Below the pieces are notes generated by a model, which was given only the letters and a program-made list of their open reading frames with translations, did not search any database and was not told the origin of the DNA. Made by a program: the position numbers and the translations under genes. From Asterionella formosa (taxonomy: Eukaryota): 38,653 nucleotides of DNA. The stretch lies in assembly GCA_002256025.1 (NCBI GenBank), contig NKIB01015032.1, positions 1 through 38,653 on the forward strand, written 5' to 3'. Shown here one piece after another: positions 32,516-38,653 of this stretch (position 1 is its first letter; every line of letters begins with the position of its first letter).

Positions 32516-33685
32516 TTATATCAAAGCAAACATGGTAGTCACAGCAAGGAATAAAAGCAAAGGCTTGCCAGCGTCAAATGCGGAGCTTGTGAAAGCAGAC
32601 AAGGGAATTAATGGGTATGGAGCCAGTGAAGGAGGAATAGACTCAGGTGACGAGGTGACAACTGACGTTTGCGTTGGAGTCATAGTGCTAGGGGTAACTG
32701 AGGATGATGCTACTGGAGCCAAGGTAATTGGAGCTTTGGTTATAGCCTCTGTGACTGGCGCAGAGGTAACAGGAGCAAGTGTGTTGATACTAGGTGAAAT
32801 GGTAGCAACAGGAGCGGCAGTGACTGGAGCAGAGGTAGTCGGATAAGGCGTAGTTGGTGCTTCAGAAGGCAGTGGCGTAAGTGGCGCAAGAGTTACAACT
32901 GTGGTTTTCGAAGGAGAAGCTGAGACTGGCGCTCCCGACGGAGAAACGGAAGGCGATGAGAAAGACAGTGGGGCCATCGCGACAGGAGCCAATGTCTCGA
33001 GTTTCAAAGGAGCGCCCGACGGAGCGCCCGACTCGTTGGCTGGAGCTTGAGTACTGTTACCAATGCAGCCACAGACGCCAGTGTAATGCGATTGAGCGAA
33101 TAAACACGATCCTGAGTCGGAAGCAGTGAATTGAAGGGAAAAGTCATACTTCTCGCAAGTGGTAAGAGTCGAGCCGCTGTTGATGGAAATAGTACGGTCC
33201 AAATTCGTCACGGATTGTCCCTCCAAGCAAATCCCAGAGCAAGTTGGCCCGTAGTTAGGGCAACCGCAGTAGGCTGCAAATGACTCCTGGAAGTTGGAAC
33301 ATTCTGTGGTATCGTTCGTTCCCTTTGCAATTCTGTTGTTTTGAGAGCACGTTAGTCCCTCTGTCGCACTAATACCTATCAGCTTGTTGGGATGACCAAC
33401 ATCGGATCCATCAGGGCAGATGCCAACGCAGTTTCCAGCCGTGACATTAGGACATTGGCAGAAGAATCGGTACTTCTTGATGGTAGCGCATAGATCCTGG
33501 GTTGCGCCAATAGATGGAGCGATCGATGCGTAAACGCCGCATGTAAATCCTCCAGAAATTACCTCATCTGGGATTCCAGGAGCGGCGTTATTGGGACAGA
33601 ACTCGCACATGTCAGCCGCTGATGAGAGTGGGCTGCTTGCAGCAAAGGCCAGTGCCAGTAGGCAAATCAAGTTGGGGATCCGCAT
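32516..33685 (-). CDS. Secreted or cell-surface protein: three Cys-rich repeats, a Pro/Thr/Ser stalk and a probable GPI signal
   Basis: Signal peptide, repeats of C-x(2-3)-C..TC..C..C(G/Q)C, many TxAPV units, and a C-terminal SSA followed by a hydrophobic tail with no cytosolic part. Confidence 0.85.
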   Translation of the reverse strand: MRIPNLICLLALAFAASSPLSSAADMCEFCPNNAAPGIPDEVISGGFTCGVYASIAPSIGATQDLCATIKKYRFFCQCPNVTAGNCVGICPDGSDVGHPNKLIGISATEGLTCSQNNRIAKGTNDTTECSNFQESFAAYCGCPNYGPTCSGICLEGQSVTNLDRTISINSGSTLTTCEKYDFSLQFTASDSGSCLFAQSHYTGVCGCIGNSTQAPANESGAPSGAPLKLETLAPVAMAPLSFSSPSVSPSGAPVSASPSKTTVVTLAPLTPLPSEAPTTPYPTTSAPVTAAPVATISPSINTLAPVTSAPVTEAITKAPITLAPVASSSVTPSTMTPTQTSVVTSSPESIPPSLAPYPLIPLSAFTSSAFDAGKPLLLFLAVTTMFALI

Positions 33686-34540
33686 CTTTCAAGTGGAAAT
33701 ATACTCACTCTGGCTCTCCTTCCACCTAGGCTGCAGGCTCTACTGTGTCAAAATAGACAGGTTTCTCGTTTAGTTGGGTCTGCCTTTTGTTGTGTTGGGC
33801 GCAAAGGTACCTTAGTGCCTCTTACCGTTTATGGAGTCCTAGATTCTTATGCAGGCATGTCTGCAATGGGGTCTGATGTTGCGTCTACTTTACTATACAC
33901 ATGTATATACGCACCTGCTTCACAGCAATCGTACAAAACGTTTTGGCGATGTAATTTCAGTCGCTCATCGAATGACAAGTCGTGATCAATGACGGAAAGC
34001 AAGCCGGCGTCACCAAATCAATTAGTGGTATCGTAACTGGTACTATCCTAAAAGTACCCAGTACTAAGTTATGGCTATTATATGTGCCCAGTACTGCAGC
34101 CACTCGCAAAAACACCGGCATGATGACCTTGGAGTACAATCAATGCCAGCAACGCCTATACCAGGCACACTACCATCAAATAACAATACCAGTACGTGCT
34201 GGTATTTTAATTTCGAATGATAACCTTGTGTATATCATAGCTAGTAGCATTGCCATAACCACCAAGCCAATTGGAGTTGCAGCTCATGAGACGTCATGTT
34301 AGTCGAAAAAAGCAAAAATATTTTAGCCACTGCATTGACCAAGATCTAACATGCTTTGGTCTTGGCCAAGGATGAAACCCCCCCCCCCTCCATATCAAAC
34401 AAATATCAGGTGTTTAGTCGATTAGACTCACAATTAGATTCTGACCATAGCCAAATACTAAAAGAAGCAATTCTATTGGTTGAGATTGTTGCTTGATGTG
34501 CATATTGAGTCAACGTCATAAAATAATAATCATCCTCAGG

Positions 34541-35546
34541 ATGGGTTCTTCCAGTGCCACCTGGTGGTGGGGGAACGAAGAGGATGAGGCACTCTCTCAG
34601 GCCTGGGTAGCAGCAAGTGAAGACACAATCACTGGGACTGGTCAGAAAGCAAGCAAGTTTTGTAGCAGGGTGTTCAAGATTTATGTTGAGCTCATTCCAG
34701 ATGGGAGGGATTGCACATCAACGGCTTGCACTGCCATATGGGGAACCATCAATCAAGACATGCATGACAAAGGTTTGTGGCCTCTATTCACAGGTTATGT
34801 CTTTTACTAAGTCAGGTTGGACAGGGGAATGGCTCAGTTGGTTGAGCATGTTGCCTTTGATTTGAAGTTGTTTGAATTGATTCCCGCAAATTTGTTGAGA
34901 CGCAATTGTTGGGTTTGACTCGCTCCCACACTCCTCACTGTCCCAGGCAATCTTGCCTGGTATGCAAGGAAAAGTGGGTTGCCCTTCTACAACCATTGTG
35001 CGGTCTTCCTAGGCGATCTGAGTTTCCCCTAACACTGTGGCTAAGACAATCAACTTTCGCAAAAGATGGTTGGGGACTCACCTGCACTAACAAATCTAGG
35101 GAAGCACACAGACTGGTTGGCAGGCCATGCTATGAAATTCCTCGTGTAACGCCATGGCCTTATAAAGCACGTTATTTTAAAGTCAGGTTGGACAGAGAAC
35201 AGCTAGTACCTTAAAGAAGCTATAGAGATATTTAAATTAAAGTGAAAAGGAAGGTTTTCAACGGGTGTTAGCGAATTCTGAAGGAAGCCCAAAAGTGAAA
35301 AGGTGGGTGTGGATATGTTCAAGATCAGTAGCAAATCATGAAAAAGAGTCATGAGTTACTAGAGTGCATCCCATGGTTACAATAGCTGCAAAAAACAGCA
35401 AGATACTTGCAAATGCTTAGCTTGTCATGGAAAAATGTGTAGATATTGGAAAGAAAGGTTAAGATGCCATGTGATGAATTTTTGTTCAAGATTTTCTCTC
35501 TTGATAGAAATTCAGAGGAAGCCAAAAGGTGGTTGCCATGAAGGCT
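34541..35546 (+). pseudogene. Harbinger Myb/SANT-like ORF relic, interrupted by an insertion
   Basis: W..EEDEALSQAWVAASEDTITGTGQKASKF..WGTINQD..KSGWT, resuming after 35195. Confidence 0.85.
34825..35179 (+). mobile_element. Candidate tRNA-derived SINE (about 355 bp)
   Basis: Flanked by the 16-bp direct repeat AAGTCAGGTTGGACAG (34809-34824 and 35180-35195). A-box TGGCTCAGTTGG (34830-34841), B-box-like GGTTTGACTC (34912-34921) and an AT-rich 3' end. Absent from the homologous site of Harbinger copy 1. Confidence 0.72.
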
Positions 35547-35619
35547 GTCGTTTCATTAATTTTATTATCACCCATCCTCTAGAGCTTAAATTTTACACTT
35601 CAATCAAATTATTATCTAC

Positions 35620-36137
35620 TATTTGTCCTTGTTTGAGTCCACAAGTGCTCAATCAAATTATTTCGCAATTGAAAGTGACGTCCAATGATTAAAAAATCCC
35701 TGGCCAAGCAACCCTTTCCCTCATCCAACATAGAATCATCTCAAGGTCCTCTTAGGTCGGAGCTCTCAGATTGTCTTTCCCATATCTGTTGATTACTGTT
35801 TTTATAGAAGTGTTGCAGATTGTGAGTGTTGTTTACTCTGCCATTCTTGTTAAATTGTCCAACTGATCCGCCAATATTACATAAGCTAACATGCGAAGAA
35901 CCAAGGTAAGTTTTTGGTTGGCGAAAATCCCAGCAAACCAAAGGCAACCTGCCTTCATCTGAGAAAATATGAATCCGAAGCAACCAAATCATCAAGAATC
36001 TTCTCAAACAATGACCGTTGCATCAGGAAGCGCCTCCTGAAAATTGCCATAGAGTAAATCAGGTTTTCACGGAAAAAATGCTTTTTCAAAAGCTTGTCAT
36101 AGTCTGTCCGAAAATGATTGAGATTGGACTGTTTGGG
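35620..36137 (-). pseudogene. Harbinger transposase relic
   Basis: YDKLLKKHFFRENLIYSMAIFRRRFLMQRSLFEKILDD..DSYF..LRMLAY..ADQLD..LRAPT*EDL..WPGIF*SLD, fused directly to HFQLRNNLIEHLW. Confidence 0.88.
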
Positions 36138-36152
36138 TTAGGGTTAGGGTTA
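36135..36152 (+). repeat. Interstitial telomere-like tract (GGGTTA)3
   Basis: GGGTTAGGGTTAGGGTTA read directly from the sequence. Confidence 0.75.
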
Positions 36153-37228
36153 AACAGTTTTCACATTCAGAAACCTTGCTTGATTTCACACCCAAAGCAC
36201 AAGATTGAATAACATTGATAACAGAATTTTGCTAGATTGACGCACTGTTTTGTCAGTGCAACAAATATATGTACATACCAGCATGTGTGTACACAAGCAA
36301 CTAGTAATTATTTATGCATACATCCCAATATGATTGAAATCAACAATCCCTTACTCTTCAGCCATGGTCTCCTTGTCCTCCTTGCTGTCCTCCCAGAAGG
36401 ATTTTACTGGTGATCCTTATCAAGATACTCTCTATGATTTCGTATTCAATGAATTGTTGGACTCGATTGCTGGTCCAAAGGCGAGCAAGGCATCAGATTG
36501 ATCCTGAAACATCAAAGAGCTCATTTTCTACAGTCAAGACATTCTTTTTCAGGAATATATTTAGGATTTACTTGAGAGAGTCACTGGAATAAGCAGAAAA
36601 ACAAAGGGATTTTCTTTCATGGAGTTGTTGAGTGGATGATCTTGAAATAGAGCAAATGGATTGTGTTCTCTCAATTGGCTGATTAAATAAATAATTGTGT
36701 GCATTTCTTTTGGAGCTGCTGCCCAGCTGTATGATAGCTGCTGAGCTTCAATTGCATTTGTCCTTGGTGTCCTTGGGTGTGTGTGAGTGGCTGTGTTTGT
36801 TTGTGTGTTTGTTCACATTTGGCTATACACACAATCATTCTGCTACATTTGTCATCAGCCAACTCCTCCTGCAGCCCTTGGGCAAATAAATACATCATAA
36901 ATCACTTTAAATTGCTGGTGTTGATCATTCATTTGTTGTGATAATGGAAGGGGATCCTTTTTGCGTAGATATAGGTGCACCCCAAAACAGTTTTTAGGAA
37001 ATCCATATGGGCATCTATTACAGGTATAGTCAATCTTTGGAAGCAAGCTAATAGGAGGTATGGTATAGCTGCAAATATGAACAGAAGTAATATACTGGAT
37101 CATAGATAGGAACTCCATACATAGTATTTACATGCATACCCTCCTTACTAGTGATTTTACTCGCTTCTAAGTAAAACATCCCCAGGAAAACCCATGTGCC
37201 ATACTACGAATCTTTCCTAAGTACATCT

Positions 37229-38071
37229 TTACTCCTTAAACACCTCGCCCAAGCCATATTGAAGAGGGGATGCGAGGTACAATTCCGAAGTGAAAGGGGG
37301 ACAGTTGGCTCCATCTTCGCCCCCTCCGCACTTTTCGACATTGGCTAAATCGTATCGTTCTGCAACCTTGGCTACACCAGCCTTGCCATGACAAAAGTTA
37401 ATCTTCTCCTTTGTCAATGGATCAAGGAATGGATGAATAATAGTCCAAAAAGCTCTAAACGCAAAGGGTGGATTGCACACATAGGCTTTGAACATTCTCT
37501 CTGGATAATGATGCTGCAAGATATGCAAGGTATGCTTGGACGTACTGAGCGGGGGAGCATCTCGGAGGCGATATCCGTCAAAGTCGATCATGAGGTTGAT
37601 CTTCTCATAGCCCGAATTACGCTGGGTGCACGCGATCGCTCTCTCCAGATTATACACCAGATGGCGCATCTGGTTGGTTTCTCCCTTTGTATTTTCGTGG
37701 TGAGGACGCATGTACATCGTCGCACGTCCGTCATTGTCGTATCCGCCACGGACATAAATCTTTCCGGATGCATTTTCTTCTCTAATAATCTTTCGCATCT
37801 CTTCATCGCCACCTTCTTCGAAACATTTGGCGATCTTTTCCACTTCGAAATCCTTTCTCCACGCAATCGTCTCTTTGATCTTGCGAATGGCCACCTTGAC
37901 GTTGCCCTTATCGGCTCGCAAATGACGGAGAGGCATGTTGGTGTCTGGGAAGGCGGCCCTTTCTTCGTCAGTGAGTGCTGCTAGTATTCCTCTCACGCCG
38001 GATTCTTCCTCTTGAGGAGTCAGGTTCGACTTCTCGGTCTTCGCTGGAGTGCCATCTGATCCTCTTCCCAT
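37229..38071 (-). CDS. CRAL-TRIO/Sec14 lipid-binding protein
   Basis: LRHLRADKGNV..TIAWR, GKIYVRG.YDNDGR, HLVYNLERA, LQHHYPERM..NPPFAF..W..I.PFLDP.T.EKI.F and CGG. Confidence 0.93.
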   Translation of the reverse strand: MGRGSDGTPAKTEKSNLTPQEEESGVRGILAALTDEERAAFPDTNMPLRHLRADKGNVKVAIRKIKETIAWRKDFEVEKIAKCFEEGGDEEMRKIIREENASGKIYVRGGYDNDGRATMYMRPHHENTKGETNQMRHLVYNLERAIACTQRNSGYEKINLMIDFDGYRLRDAPPLSTSKHTLHILQHHYPERMFKAYVCNPPFAFRAFWTIIHPFLDPLTKEKINFCHGKAGVAKVAERYDLANVEKCGGGEDGANCPPFTSELYLASPLQYGLGEVFKE

Positions 38072-38254
38072 TATCGAAGATACCGGTAGTCTATAGGCTA
38101 CTGGTAGAAATAGACAATGCTATAACAATTGTAAATATGATACCGGTATTGTGATAGTTTCCTCTTCAAAAGCTGAGCGCTGCTGGCGCATTATGATTCT
38201 TCTTTTATGATGTTCCCACCATGCATTTCGTTAAATATCAGGCCGTTGCTAACC

Positions 38255-38313
38255 GTTGACCCAAACCAAAACCCAAAAACTTTTTTTTTGGATTGGTTTT
38301 GGTTTTGGTCAAC
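38255..38313. repeat. Imperfect inverted repeat (21-bp arms)
   Basis: GTTGACCCAAACCAAAACCCA versus TTGGTTTTGGTTTTGGTCAAC, 19/21 complementary. Confidence 0.7.
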
Positions 38314-38519
38314 TGACGAAAAAACGATGCTATCGGTTTTTGGGAAATCCTAAATGCTGTCAACCACCCATCTACTGTGACGTAGGATGACAAAACCATT
38401 ATAAAAAAAGTAAAATATTTCTATTAGACTAGTTATATAAATGAAATATTATGATTCCCATTTGGGAATTAGTTAGTTTTTCCCGCAATTTGAGCGATGT
38501 TGCTGTCTTGTCATTGAAC

Positions 38520-38563
38520 TACCTGGTACCTGGTACCTGGTACCGGTACCATGGTACCTGGTA
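38520..38563. repeat. 7-bp (TACCTGG)n / GGTACC tandem array
   Basis: TACCTGGTACCTGGTACCTGGTACCGGTACCATGGTACCTGGTA. Similar arrays occur near 4837, 14823, 16713, 16791 and 19097. Confidence 0.9.
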
Positions 38564-38653
38564 GTACACAACGGTAAATGTACCAACAATCCTTTGCTGG
38601 CCTCATCCTGTGGTGCGATCCACAAAAAATCTTTTCCTTGACACGAAATATAC

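Larger units (their letters stand above)
34245..36137. mobile_element. PIF/Harbinger DNA transposon, deleted copy 2 (right end truncated)
   Basis: Left end AGCATTGCCA..CCAAGCCAATTGGAGTTG matches the reverse complement of the copy 1 right end. Colinear homology to 17229-18820. Confidence 0.88.

Noticed and set aside
34825..34930. Functional tRNA gene
   Set aside because: The acceptor and T stems do not pair convincingly, the B-box is mutated, and the sequence is part of a TSD-flanked insertion.
36340..37130. MULE-like transposase relic suggested by KKDPFH on the minus strand
   Set aside because: A single short motif without supporting context; left unassigned.
38520..38563. CRISPR-like array in the GGTACC repeats
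   Set aside because: 7-bp tandem units without spacers, no cas genes, and a eukaryotic context.

Overview
Eukaryotic, intron-poor nuclear DNA, most likely from a diatom: it has a silicanin-like RXL/Cys-rich membrane protein, a diatom-type HSF, a bipartite plastid-targeting presequence and short GT-AG introns. Ten host genes are supported: type II pantothenate kinase, silicanin-like protein, a 173-aa hypothetical, HSF (1 intron), LRR receptor-like protein (1 intron), DDX42-like helicase, LSD1-like amine oxidase, a plastid-targeted protein, a Cys/Pro-Thr-rich surface protein and a CRAL-TRIO protein. They alternate with transposon-rich blocks: (i) an apparently intact DD35D pogo-type element carrying a second, convergent HIRAN-like/Cys-His ORF inside its terminus; (ii) a 1119-bp TTAA-flanked, GG..CC-ended (Kolobok-type) non-autonomous element with a 35-bp internal hairpin; (iii) two independently deleted PIF/Harbinger copies, one interrupted by a tRNA-like A/B-box SINE candidate with a 16-bp target duplication and truncated at a (GGGTTA)3 telomere-like tract; (iv) LINE-like and unassigned CpG-depleted relics. 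The palindrome TACCGGTA and 7-bp GGTACC(A/T) arrays are strongly over-represented in non-coding DNA. All family assignments are from motif recognition by eye; no searches were run.
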